A stretch of 63,831 bases of DNA, the filler included, from Folioceros fuciformis (lineage: Eukaryota), in the NCBI GenBank assembly GCA_049999805.1. It is 5 parts of 5 records of this genome, joined end to end, with 100 filler letters (N's around TTAATTAATTAA, not from the genome) between each part and the next. Parts side by side here need not be neighbours in the genome. Positions count along the whole stretch, not along the records: positions 1 to 16,664 come from JBNGIO010005086.1; positions 16,765 to 38,566 come from JBNGIO010005087.1; 3 more parts are not named here. One strand, written 5' to 3'. Below are positions 12,991 to 24,731 of the stretch, in pieces (the stretch's first letter is position 1; every line of letters begins with the position of its first letter). A program made the position numbers and the translations under genes. Below the pieces are notes generated by a model that did not search any database, had not been told where the DNA came from, and was given only the letters and a program-made list of their open reading frames with translations.

Positions 12991-13335
12991 CCTGCCTGTT
13001 AAGTAGCTAGGGTTTCAGCAGCCCTGGGTGTGGTGTAGAACCCATCGCTCAAAACAGCAAGTAGGTATGGCACAACAGATGGATCTAAGATTCAGGCCCG
13101 CACATGGCTCTGATACCATGTTGCGTTTGTGAATTGAGGTGAAGCAGATCGTGTACGCACGAGAGACACAAAGATCGAATATTTTTCAAGTCTGGTGAAC
13201 TTGGCATAAGTTGTCCAAGACACATGAAACGGTTATAACTAATAACTAATAACTAATAACTAACTGAAGAGTGCCCTAATTATAGGTCTCATGTATATAG
13301 CAATGTATCTAAATAATAAACAATTATTTCTAACA

Positions 13336-14285
13336 AGGCCAGGGTGCAAGGCGGTCAACCTTTGGTCCTTCTTCAACTTCCCAACGGCGGACTTCCTCTG
13401 GATGGTACGAGCGTAGAAACTCAAGCAACGGCAACCAATGGCTCCCAAGTTACAGTTATCTATGAGGTGACAAAGGGAAGCTATCAAGTTGCTTTGGAAG
13501 TCAGTAGGTATTCCTCTCAAGGTTAGGGCGACAGTTTGGTGTTTTTTTCAAGCTTGTTTGCCTAATGCGGATCGTTGGGACGGGTTGTTGGTTGCTATGG
13601 GAGAAGACCAGTGTTGGCTATGCTCCACTGGTGCCCCAAGTAAAAGCCAGCACATGTTCTTCCACTGCAATTTCGCCCAAGAGATATGGAGTGAGGTGGG
13701 CAGCTGGTTGCAAAGGATTCTCCCTAACACCAACCTCAGGATCACGAAACATACTGCCCTCTTTGGGTTGGATTCAACCTCGGGTAAAGCTCTACTTCAG
13801 GTGCAATGGTGGGGTTTACTTTGGTCTTCTTGCCTTTTTCATCTTTGGGTCAACTGGTCTGCCGTGGTCTATGGAGGCAAGGAGCCAGCCTCGTCTAAGG
13901 CTCTACTTTGGCGCCTTTGGGAGCATATTTTGATTGCGGCAGAAAATCTGAGGCAATCCCATCGGAAACAATTCAAGCATAGCGAATGGAGGTCGGCAGG
14001 CTTCCTAGGTACTGGGAATACCGATCACTGGAATCACGCTTGCCCTTGGGGAAGGTGAGCCCATGGCCCTCGGGGGATTTTGAGGGTTATGATTGGATGG
14101 TCTTAGCAATCTGTTAATATCAAGGTGGTGGGGAGCTCTCTTTCCTCACCTTGTTCAGAGGGCTGGGCACGAGGTCATTTTTCTCCTGATCTTGTGCTCA
14201 TGATATGTATATACGTATTCAAGGGTCCCCTGAGTATTGTAAGAGGACGGGTATATTAATCTGAATATTTTCTTCACGAAAAAAA
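13336..14285 (+). mobile_element. L1-like LINE 3' end: zf-RVT-type zinc-binding region, 3' UTR and short poly(A)
   Basis: LWKSVGIPLKVRATVW...CWLC..SQHMFFHCNFAQEIW (CCHC); A7 tract at 14279-14285 abutting a Tork-like gag. Confidence 0.8.
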
Positions 14286-15371
14286 CTTCGACAATGTTAG
14301 CATGATGGTAGATCTAGCAAGCTCATCTAGGTCCTACCACTTATCCTGAGTCATGCTAACAGGTTTCACACCTAGCAACTTTATGGGCTTGATTTGCTTT
14401 TTCTGTACTAGAAGATTATACACTTGTTCTTTCCAAAATGGGAGGTTAGTACCATCTAACTTCTCGATATTGAACATAACATTTTTTGAGGATGTCATCA
14501 TTCAAAACCGATGCAAATCAAACAAAGGCTAGTTAGAAACGGTTTGAATGTAATGTAGATTCTGAAAGCTACCCTCACGCCTTGTTCCGCATTGGCTAAC
14601 ACAACTTGTAGACCTCAAACCATCGCACGAGTCTATCCACAATTCAAGCCGACACGACGGGCCCAAGCCCGATTCTGGCCCGCCTGGCATTGGGAGACTA
14701 AAACGACCGTCTGCAGCCAGAATTTGGTTGCTCACGACTAGAGTATCCCGCCCTGCGATCGAGATCTGGCCGCCCGTGGCTCTAGATCCGGCCACACCTC
14801 TTGGCGGCTGGGAGCCAAGCCAGAGCACCCCGGGCCTGATCCCGCGGTCAGGATCCGGGCTGCCCCACGCCTGGGGCCTAATCCCACCGCCTCGCGGCCA
14901 GGATCCCGGCTGGGGCAGGCACCCCACGCTGCCGCTACCCGAGCCTGAGCACGACGGGGTTGGAGCCCCCCTGCACCCTGGGCAGCAGGGTTGCCGCACA
15001 CGGCCCCCGCTCACTCCAATGCTTTCCTCACACCTTTGTGCACCTTGTCCGCAACACCTATAGACATCACCATCTTGCTCCACAACCTTGCTCTGATACC
15101 AGTTGAAAGATTGCTAGGGGAGCCACATGCTGAAGGAGGAGAGGAGAAAGCTAGGTCTTTCTCACAATCTCTGTATTGCAAGGGACCTCAAGAGGGTATG
15201 TATACCCTCTAGAAGAGCTCCCAAGGAAGCTTCACAAGAAGTTCACAGGAAGCTGCACAAGAAGCTTCCTACACATTAGCTTGAGCTAATCTAAACAAAT
15301 GATACTTAACTAGACACTAATCTTAGACTAAATACATTAGTCTAAGCACATTGGGCTTTAATAACCCTACA
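14286..15371 (-). mobile_element. Tnt1/Tork-like Copia fragment: 5' LTR 15104-15371, PBS 15090-15101, GC-rich leader, gag N-terminus
   Basis: Reverse-complement homologue of 35262-36600 (LTR TGTAGGGTTATTAAAGCCC..., leader and gag). Confidence 0.85.
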
Positions 15372-16664
15372 ATTTTGAATACAAGAATAAGACAGAGAAG
15401 TTTGTGTGAAGCAAGTAATAGCTATGATTTACAAGTTGGGGGCGAGACCAAAGGAAGTGATGACACTTTCAGTGGTGGTTTGAAAAAAAGTAAGCAAATG
15501 AAGGCTAGTGGAAAGATTGTAGAAGTTAGAGGAGGGAGAAGATAAAGTGCCAGTTTGGTTGATGGAATGGACACTTGTGAAAAACAACAGCATGCGGATT
15601 TCTAGTGGGATGCTTATGAGGAAATGAGTATTAATGATAGGGAAGACTTTGCAAAGGTTCTAGAGGATAGAAGACAAGTGTTTTCTTTTTTTTTCCAATA
15701 TAGAATTGAATAGGCATAAGACGTTTAAGTTTAAAATTCGTCTTCAAACTTGAGAGCCAATTTTTAGAAGACCATACCGCTTGAGTAAGGTAGAGAATGA
15801 GATTGTATACAAAAAAAGTCAGGAATTGTTGGAGGGGGATTGATAAGGTCCTCTTAGTCAAAGTATGCAGCGAATACAATACTTCCACCCAAAAAAAAAA
15901 GATGTACATGGTAATTGGAGGGGGGATTGATAAGGTCCTCATAATCAAAGTATGTAGCGACTACAATACTTCCACCCAAAAAATAAAGATGTACATGGTA
16001 ATTGGAAAGAGAAGACGATGTGTGGGGATTATAGGCCATTAAATGAGATATGATGGAGGAGTAGGATAAGAAGAAGATTGTTTTTTGGGGCAATAGATGC
16101 CTATGGGAGTAGATTGTTATTCCATTTGGATAAAAGAATGGTCCTAGTGCTTCTCACAGGGCGATGGATCATGCATCAAGGGGGCTATCTTTTGCTAGGT
16201 GTTACATAGATGATGTGTTAATTTTCAGCAATAGTGTTGAGAAGCATAAATAGCATGTTAGATTGGTGTTGGACAAGTTGATGGAGGTGGGTTTGACGTG
16301 TCACCCATAGAAGTGCAAATTTGGATCCTCCAAGATAGCATATTTATGCCATTTAATAATCCTTAATGATACAACATCTTGGGATGTCAAGGTGGAAGCA
16401 ATAGCAAAGATGACTTGGCTTCATATGTTGGGACCTTGCACTCATTCTTGGGATTGGTGAATTATTATCACAACTTTGTAGCAAACCATAGTGTGGTGGT
16501 GAAACCTAAAACAATGTTGTTGAAAAAGGATATGATGTGGGCTTGGGGAGAAGATCAACATAAGGCATTTGAGGAGATAAAAGCATTTTGATGAGCAAAA
16601 CTTTGTTGAAAAGACCTAATTTTGACAAGAAGTTTAAGTTGTACAATGATTGGAGCAAACTTGG
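15372..16664 (+). pseudogene. Degenerate Ty3/Gypsy RT-RNase H with an internal ~87-bp tandem duplication (15830-16005)
   Basis: MCGDYRPLN, PFG, CYIDDVLIFS, LTCHP*KCKFG, SFLGLVNYY, KLYNDWSKLG motifs readable across stops. Confidence 0.85.
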
Positions 16665-16764
16665 NNNNNNNNNNNNNNNNNNNNNNNNNNNNNNNNNNNN
16701 NNNNNNNNTTAATTAATTAANNNNNNNNNNNNNNNNNNNNNNNNNNNNNNNNNNNNNNNNNNNN
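16665..16764. other. Artificial contig linker (N44-TTAATTAATTAA-N44)
   Basis: Identical 100-bp structure four times; 12-mer gives stops in all frames. Confidence 0.98.
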
Positions 16765-17161
16765 TAAACCGTGTGAGCATGGACTCTACAACCTCAAGCC
16801 GGAGCAGAATCATGTCTGTAGCAAATGGATCCGACATAAGGTAAGGTTGCTCTTCAGCAATTCTCTGCCCTCCTCTTGCAAATGCAAGTAGCTCCTCGTC
16901 TTCACCAATTCGCTGCTCCAAACGGTCTAGCAAGCGCTGGCAATGTGCTGCCACACGGCCTTCAAAACTGTTTGGGGAAGCTGATGCTGCTGCAGCACGA
17001 ATGCTGTGATTTCTCCTAGCACGCATTCCATCTCTGTCAGCAATCCAGCCATTTGTTATCAGCTCATTGTGGCGCCTTTGGATGTACTCCTCCCTGGCTA
17101 GAGCTCTAGAAGAATTGTTGATAGGTGGACTTCCCCAACGTCGTCCTTTTCTCCTAGGCAT
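16765..17161 (-). CDS. Accessory ORF of element H (partial, >130 aa)
   Basis: MPRRKGRRWGSPP...HCQRLLDRLEQRIGEDEELL; open up to the gap. Confidence 0.55.
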
Positions 17162-17545
17162 TTTTCCAGGCTAGGATGCTAGTATTCATCTAGCAATATT
17201 CTTATTGTTTACTACACATGTGTGCAGGCAGGCAAACCCGCGTCATCATCAGACACATGCATCTATCTAATGATAAATGTAGATGTTCGATGATAACCCT
17301 GTTTCGCTTGCCATGCTCTACATGAATTTAGCTACGTGCCTAGCTAAAGTAAACAAAGTGCAGCGGAAAGATCAGAGACACAGCTCTGATACCATGACAC
17401 GAATTAGAGAACACACACAAACATGTACTCAACTGAATGATTAATTAAATTAATGAACAAAATTGTGTCTTATATACTGTGTTAAATATAAACCCTAATC
17501 GTTAACTATGTGAGGTTAACTAACCAAGAGTAACAAACTCTAACA
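16765..17545 (-). mobile_element. Copia-lineage element H 5' end: LTR 17395-17545, PBS 17383-17394, accessory ORF; inserted into the Athila-like pol
   Basis: 151-bp TG..CA LTR, Met PBS, ORF MPRRKGRR at 17161 running into the gap. Confidence 0.8.
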
Positions 17546-20500
17546 CCGAGTACCATATTTTAATGCCACATACAGCAACTCCTCATCAAGAAACCTGTCA
17601 TCCGTTTCTCTAACCTTCCCTTTGGTTTTGAGTCTAGAAACAAAGTCAGCATTAACATGGCTCTTCCCTACTCTTATTTCCACCTCAAAATCAAACTCCT
17701 GTAGCAAGAGAATCCACCTAGCAATCCTCCCCGTTAGGTCAGGCTTGCTTACAAGATACTTCAGAGCAAAGTGGTCCACATGAAATACTACCTTGCAAGC
17801 TAGAAGGTAGTGACGGAACTTCTTACAAGCGTAGATGATGCCCAAAGCCTCTCTCTCCATTGTGGAGTAGTTCCTCTCCGCATCCGTGAGTTGCCTTCTA
17901 GCATAGAAGATAGGGTGGTCCCTCTTCTTGTCATCTTGTTGGCTGAGGATGGCCCCTATAGCATAGGCTGACACATCCACATACACATGGAAGGTCTTCT
18001 CCCAATTTGGTGGGCTCAATGTCGGTGCTGCCACCAAACTCCTCTTCAAGTCCTGAAATGCCTCCTCCCTCTCCGGGGTCCACTCATACGGCACATCCTT
18101 CTTCGTTAGCTAGGTCAAAGCTGCAGCCTTCTTAGCGAAATCCTTGATGAATCTGCTGTAGTAGCCAACCAACCCAATGAAGACTCTAACATGTCTCACG
18201 CTCTGAGGTGCATCCATCTCCGAGATGATCTTCATCTTTTCCATGTCGACTTGCAACCCCTTGGCTGAAACTCTATGGGCTAGCAAGACACCCTCCGTCA
18301 TGCAAAAGAAACACTTCCCCCGATGCACAACTTGAGGTTAGTCTCCCTACACCTCTGCAAGCACTTCCTCAACTGTTCCAAGTGTAGGTTCCTCCTTCCA
18401 AAGACACAAAAGTCATCCAAGAACACCTCCATGAACTTTCAAAGGAACTCCTTGAAAATGGTATTCACCACCCGCTGGAAAGTTGCCGGAGTGTTGCAGA
18501 GCCCAAAAGGCAGCTTGGTGTAGGTGTAGGTCCCTCAATCAGTTGTGAAAGTCGTCTTGTCGCGATCCTCCTCCCGCAGTGTGATCTGATTGTAACCTGA
18601 ATACCCATCCAGAAAATTATACATCTCATGTCGAGCAACCGTGTCCAGCACACTGTCCATGAAAAGGAGTGGATGATGGTCTTTCTTGGTTGCCTCATTG
18701 AGCTTCCTGAAGTCCTGGAAAACCCTCACCTTGCCAGCTTGCTTCTTAGGCACCACGACAATTGGAGCTACCCACTCACTAGTTAGGACATGATAGATGA
18801 CTCCAGCCTCCAAGTACTGATCCAACTGCTCCTTCACAACCATGGAGTACTTTGGGTTCAATCGGTATTGCTTCACCCGAAGCGGAGTGCTTCCCTCCTT
18901 GAGATCTATCCTATGAACACCCAGCTCCTCCGGGACACCTGTCATGTCCGTCACCTTGAAGGCAAACACATCCAAATATTCAGTCAACAGTGCCTTCAAA
19001 CCTACCTTCTCCTTGGGTGTGAGGTACTTGGACACCTTGACCCTCTTCCCTAGGGGCAACTCCATGTCCTCGACAACATCGGGATCCACGTAAACTCCTT
19101 CGAGACTACTCCCTACACTTGTTCCTGATCCTTCTTCTGGGAAATCGTAGTCAGAGGCCTTCCCCTTCCAAAAGGCAGCTCCTTCCCTTTGCTCTTTATC
19201 CTCCTGTGGATCTTCATTCTCCACCTCTTGACCCAAATCCACCATCTTGACAGTATGCCCTACTCCCTTGTAGGCTCCTGTACTGCTAGAAGTGCTACCT
19301 CCAGCACTACCGGATGTGTACCCGAGGGATGGTCTTGCTATTTCTCCCCCATAGGGAGCTTTGCTCCAGGAGACAAACGAAACTTCAACAGGTCCTGTAG
19401 GTTTAGACCTAAAGGTCACACCTTTCCTGCCAAAATCAAACACACAAGCTGTCCCGTACAACCACGGTCTCCCAAGGAGCACCTTGTACCCTAGGTCAGA
19501 CACTGGCCTCATGACAATGTAGGTCAGCTTGAACATGATCCCTCCTATCACCGTGGGCACATCCTTCAACACTCCTAGAGGCTTCCTCTTGGTCTGGTCT
19601 GCCATCCGAAGGTACACGCGGATAGGGTCAAACTCTGTGAACCCTAAACGATGGGCTGTGTCCTTCGTCATGAGATTGACACCAGACCCCGTATCCAACG
19701 GTACATCTGGTACCAGACAACCTGCAATCTCCACCTCTATTTCAGGAGCTCCACAATCAGCCAACTCCACTGAACTCATCCAGGTTGAGACTGTCTTCCC
19801 TTCGAGTGGCTCCGCTATCCCTCGGATGGCCTCCTTCACGATCTTCCTGGCCTTGGGACTAACGGACAAGAGTTGTCTCAAGCTCACCACAAACTCCTGG
19901 TCAAGCAAGGCGTCAGCAAATCCAGCAACCTTCATGACCAAAGCCTCCCTTATTGTTGTTGTCTTAGTAGGATTGATCCCTCCATCCTCCTCGCTTCGAT
20001 CAACCTTCTCTCCTTCCTGTTCCTTCTCCAAGGGACTTGCACTCTCCACCACCCCTGTCACAAGAGGGTCTGCAAACGTGACCTTCTTAGACCGGTGCAT
20101 CAGCCTAGTCAGCTCTTCCTCCAGCATTGCAGCAACCTCCTTGCTGATGTCGGGTGGGAATGCTGATTCTTCAGCCTCTCCGTCAGCTAGTTCACCTTCC
20201 TCTCGATGAGGTGGATCAACCTCTTGCCCAGTCGGCACATCATTCTTCCCTTGCTGGACGAGTGGTTCCTCCCTTGCCTCTGGTGGTTTAGGAGTGTTGT
20301 CACGCTCTCTCCTCCTCCTCTTCTCTTCCTTCTTCGTCTTCTCCCTATAACGACGTTTGGAACGAGTGGTGACCCTTGCCACCATGACTTCTTCACCATC
20401 GCTAGCTTCGCCTGAATATCCCTCCTCCACAATGCCAGAAAATGCTTGAGAGTCAATCAAAGGCTCCTCCTCAGCCTCCACCGACAACACAGGTGCGCTT

Positions 20501-22594
20501 GTCACAGGAGCTGCTGTCTCCACCATAGGAGGAATTCCCTCTCGCGGTGCCTCCGTGATCCTCACTCCAGATCTAGGCAGTGCAGGCCTAGGGATGCCCA
20601 AACACCTTGGATCCCCAGCCCTATGCCCTGGATCCTTGCACACCTGACAAAACGGCACAAATCCAAGTTGCCGACGTGGCTCTGTGCACTCGTTAGCGGA
20701 GTGTCCCGGCAAGCCACAATTAAAACAACAACCTGCTGCCACCACTTGTGGATGCTGGGACGGATCTGGCCTCCAAGGGCCTGGAGATACCGGACGAGGA
20801 CCATACCTCATTCCATGAGGTCCTAGTGGTTGGAAAGATGGCCGAATGGACTGTGGTGGTCAAGGAGCAGTCACAGCCTGTACCCGATAGGAGTCATCCA
20901 CGTACCAATAGTCTCCTGGTAGGTAGGCGTCCACTTGGTTGACGGCGTGGCGGGGAGCCCTAGTGCACTCTTGGTGAGTGTGTCCTGATTGGTGACAAAT
21001 AGAACAGTACACCAGTTGCCGACCCGGTGAAGGTGACCTCCTTGGTGCTTGGTTGCGTACAGCCTTCACCTTTAGCTCGGCCAGCCTCCTCGTCAATGCC
21101 TCAACCTGGCTGGTTAGTACTCCACCACTTGAGGACGGTTCGCCTCTCTCCATCCTATAGGATCCTTTGCCTCTCCTGTCCTTCTCAGCTCGATGATTCT
21201 CATCCTCCTCATGCCTCTTGTGTGCTTTCTCCAGATCCTTCCTCATCCTCTTCTCATAAGCCCTATCGGACTCCTCATCGGTGTAAGGATCCGACACAAG
21301 GCTGTCATAATCGGGATCAGAGTGAGACGGTGGCCTCGACCTTGAAGAGGAAGATGGGCTGTGATGCCTCGACCTCCTATGATGCCCATACTTCCGATTC
21401 TGCTTCCTCTTCTCTTTGCTCAACTCTGACAGCTCAAAATCTTCAGCAGCCTTCAAAGCCTCCTGCAAAGTGGTCACACCTCTCGTGTAGTAGGTTGCCA
21501 TCCGATCGGGCAGTCCTCCAGCAAACCAATCCAAAGCTTGAGCATCCGTGTACCTTAGAGTATTCGGACCTCCTAGAACAACTGGCTTGCCACGCGGGAT
21601 CCTGTCCACATAGCTGTAGAACCTCTCAATGTAATCATAGAGATCCTCCTTCCTTCCTCGCTTCAAAGTCCTCAACCTCACGTAGGTGTGATGGCCATGG
21701 CTGAGACCTCGACACCTGGTCAAGAAATCGTCCTTCAGGCTGTCCCAATCCACTGGTGGTGTCACTCCATACGTCCAGCTGTACCACTGCTGAGCTTGTC
21801 CTCTCAGCAAACCTGGAAAGATCCTCAAACGATCAGCTGTAGTGTCCTCCATGTTGGCACGAGACACATGCTCGAACGTCCTTAGGAAGGATTCAGCATC
21901 CTCCCCTCTTCTCTTGTCTCCAAACTTCATGTATTGCTGACAACTGTGAATAGGAGCAGCCATCCTTGCAGCAACTCCTCCACCCACTTGGCTGATACTT
22001 GACGTAGGAAGTATAGCCCCTACTGAAACCACTACGGGGGCTGACAATGGAACATTGGTCATCAAGGGGTTTGGCTGACCACCAACAAGTGACTACCAGC
22101 TATCTAGCAATGATACCACAACTGAAGTATCACCTAGAGTTGACTGCAAAACACTCGATTGTAACACAGACTCCCTCTCAACACAACCCACTTGTTGGAC
22201 TCCTTCCTGCAACCAGATGTAATACCAACCTCCTGGATGTCACGCTCTCCGACAATCAGCTCTTCAGATTCGTGCTCTCCACTTGACCAAGGCAGCTCCT
22301 CCTCCACAAGGGTGCTAGCCTTAGGGGTCAAGCTACTCTCCCCTCTCAACAAATTCCTCCTTGTTGCACGTAGATCCCTAGGTGAAGGGGTTACAGCTGC
22401 TCTCCCTCTACTAGTTCTACGATCACCTCTTCCACCAGACATCCACCGGACAACTTAGACTCTCCATCCGATCAGCAAAAGAAACTCCCAAGCCGCTCCC
22501 CAGCAACGGCGCCAAAAATGTGGAGGAAAAACCCCGGGCACTTATTGCTGACGGGTTCCACCTTTAGTGGCCACACTTATCCCACTGTCATTGA
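17546..22594 (-). mobile_element. Athila-like (non-chromovirus) Ty3/Gypsy: partial 5' LTR 22519-22594, PBS 22496-22514, gag-PR-RT-RH
   Basis: PBS TGGCGCCGTTGCTGGGGAG (Athila-type, tRNA-Asp-like); gag 20860-22065 in frame with 18535-20811 across one TGA; CCHC knuckles; protease LDTGSG; RT VFQDFRKLN/FLDGYSGYNQI; RH YVDVSAYAIGAIL. Confidence 0.9.
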
Positions 22595-22845
22595 TGTTGA
22601 AATAGCACCACAGGCTTAGAAGGACTCCACAGTTGCTTACTTAACGTGCACAGGATGCTACATATATAGCCTTCAGGCGGGGCAACCCTCTATAAGGTAA
22701 GCCTTAGTCTTGAGGGTGCAATATCCTAGTATATCCTGATAACACTTAGGTGATAGATAACTACGAGTTCAATATGGGATAATCTACACTATCCTAAGTG
22801 TTTTACGCTCTTAATAGCAATTCAGTTAGAGCTTGATTTCTAACA
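22595..22845. mobile_element. LTR-like 251-bp segment (TG..CA) without matching TSD
   Basis: TGTTGAAATAG...TTTCTAACA interrupts the Athila LTR; flanks ATTGA and GGACC differ. Confidence 0.55.
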
Positions 22846-23062
22846 GGACCCACCACGATCGTGGAGACCACTACCGGTCACGGAGCTAGTAGAGTAGGGA
22901 TCAAAGTCGTAGAGTAGGGTCCGCGGTAGCTAGGCTAATTAGAGGGTAGTGGTAGGGAGCTAGTAGGTAGTAGAAACGCTAGTGGATAGGCCTGACCTAG
23001 GTAAGAGCCAGTATTAGAAGAAACCTGTGTTACTTGGCACAAATCATACTCCACACCATGTC

Positions 23063-23795
23063 ATCTAACTTGCGTCGTTCTGTTTAGGAACATAAGTATA
23101 CGCTGTGGAGCCAAATACTCGCATGTGCAACAGGCTTGGTTTCCACTTCCAAAAGGCCTCATAAGGGGTTTTACCTAGTACAAAGGTTGTCAAAACTCGA
23201 TTTAGTATGTAAGTAGCAATTGTGAGGGCTTCTACCCACTACTATTTAGGTAGTCCTTCCCATCCCAGCATGATCATGGTCATACCCATTAAGGTCTGAT
23301 TCTTACATTCTACCACTCCATTTTGTTGCTGAGTGTACAGGATTGAAAGCTGGCGTATGATTCCATGGGCTTCAAATAGCACTTCATACCGGTGGCCTAT
23401 GAACTCTCCACATTGTCCGTGCAAAAGCACTTCACCAAATTGCCAGTCTGTCTTTGTACCATAGATATCTAGGATTCAATACACTCAAAGGCATCACTTT
23501 TAAGACGGAGTAGGTACACCCAAGTGTAACGTGAGTAGTTATCTTTTAAGGTAAGATAATAGTCAGCCCCACCTAGTGACTTAACTTGCAACTTGCCTGC
23601 AATGTCTGCATGGACAAGTTCTAACATCGCTTGAGCTCTATGTGCTTGTTTATTTTTGAAGGGAAGCTCCTTCTACTTCAACATAACACAAGATTGATAG
23701 ACAGGGAGATGCTTAAAGCAAGAGAGCAATTTTTCCCTAAAACAGTCTAAGGAGGCCATTAGGTTCAACTTATCCTTGTTAATATGCCCAAGCCT
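23063..23795 (-). pseudogene. Copia element F integrase (older relative of element E), left part
   Basis: ELVHADIAGKLQVKSLGGADYYLTL..YSRYTW closely parallels element E; resumes at 30423 after the insertion. Confidence 0.85.
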
Positions 23796-24114
23796 TGTCA
23801 AACTAGCGGAAGCTTGTGTTGTAAAAATGATACAACAGAATTAATTAAAATCAGAGCAAGAGTATGTTTATACAAAAATTCATGTCTGTAGAGTTAGGGT
23901 TGTATAAACCCTGGTAACCTAAACCAGGTAGGGTTAAATAACCCTTCAACACCCCCACTTAAACCTAACTGGTTTAAAAAACGAGATTCCTATCGAGTAC
24001 ACTTCATAAAACTCAGCAACTTCGATCATTGCCCTTGCTCTCACGGGAATCCCGACTCTGGACTTCATATACTTCATTTGTTTCCTGTGAGGAAGAGCAG
24101 CTGCACTGTGCAGG

Positions 24115-24462
24115 ATGAAGACCCGGTCTGGAACTTCCATTGGAGAGGGGGACAACGACGAGGCAAAATCACAGCAGAGGGCAAGGGCCAGCAGCGCGTT
24201 GGAAGACCCAGACCTCAAGAGCTCAGACGATGGAGCAGATAGCAAGATGCACACTGCCCAAATTCTGTCCAACCTAACCAAGGACATGAATACTGCACTG
24301 GCAGCCTTGGACGAGGTGGAAAAACTTGTAGACCTCAAGAGGGAGGAAGTAGCTAGGCAACTAGCTAAGCTTATCTCAGAAGTGTCTACCCAGCGGGAAT
24401 CCAAGAACAGTAAGAAGCGTACTGGTGAGGAACTGTATGAGGTATGTGTTGTTCTTGTTTAG
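24115..24462 (+). CDS. Antisense ORF (115 aa, coiled-coil-like) in the 3' region of element E
   Basis: Open ATG ORF between pol stop and 3' LTR; heptad-like ILSNLTKDMNTALAALDEVEKLVDLKREEVARQLAKLISEV. Confidence 0.5.
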   Translation: MKTRSGTSIGEGDNDEAKSQQRARASSALEDPDLKSSDDGADSKMHTAQILSNLTKDMNTALAALDEVEKLVDLKREEVARQLAKLISEVSTQRESKNSKKRTGEELYEVCVVLV

Positions 24463-24731
24463 AATTTTTGCTGTCATCTACTCACGACTTGACAAGACGT
24501 GGAGCTTCATCCTCTGAGATGTGACAGCCAAACTAATAGAAGGCCTGTGTAAAGTCTGAACAGGAAGGCTATGCGCCTCGGCCATGATGGGAGAGCAAAG
24601 ACTGAAGACTGAAGTACTCCTGCACACAAGGTTTAGCTACGAAGTGTGCAAAGGATAGAAAATAGTAAACAGGCTAAAGCTAGTCCCACTTCAAATTTCT
24701 GCTGCTCAGACAATTGCCTTCAACCTGCTGG

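Larger units (their letters stand above)
7284..13335 (-). mobile_element. Full-length Copia element D (6052 bp), LTRs 7284-7492 and 13119-13335, TSD AGGCC
   Basis: TG..CA LTR pair differing by one substitution, a 1-bp indel and one 7-bp AACTAAT unit; PBS 13107-13118; PPT 7493-7501; AGGCC at 7279-7283 and 13336-13340. Confidence 0.97.

Noticed and set aside
16665-16764. TTAATTAATTAA palindrome within N runs (also 38611, 49103, 62715) and ORFs ending in ...XXXLIN
   Set aside because: Identical 100-bp artificial linker; not biological, and adjacency across it is unreliable.
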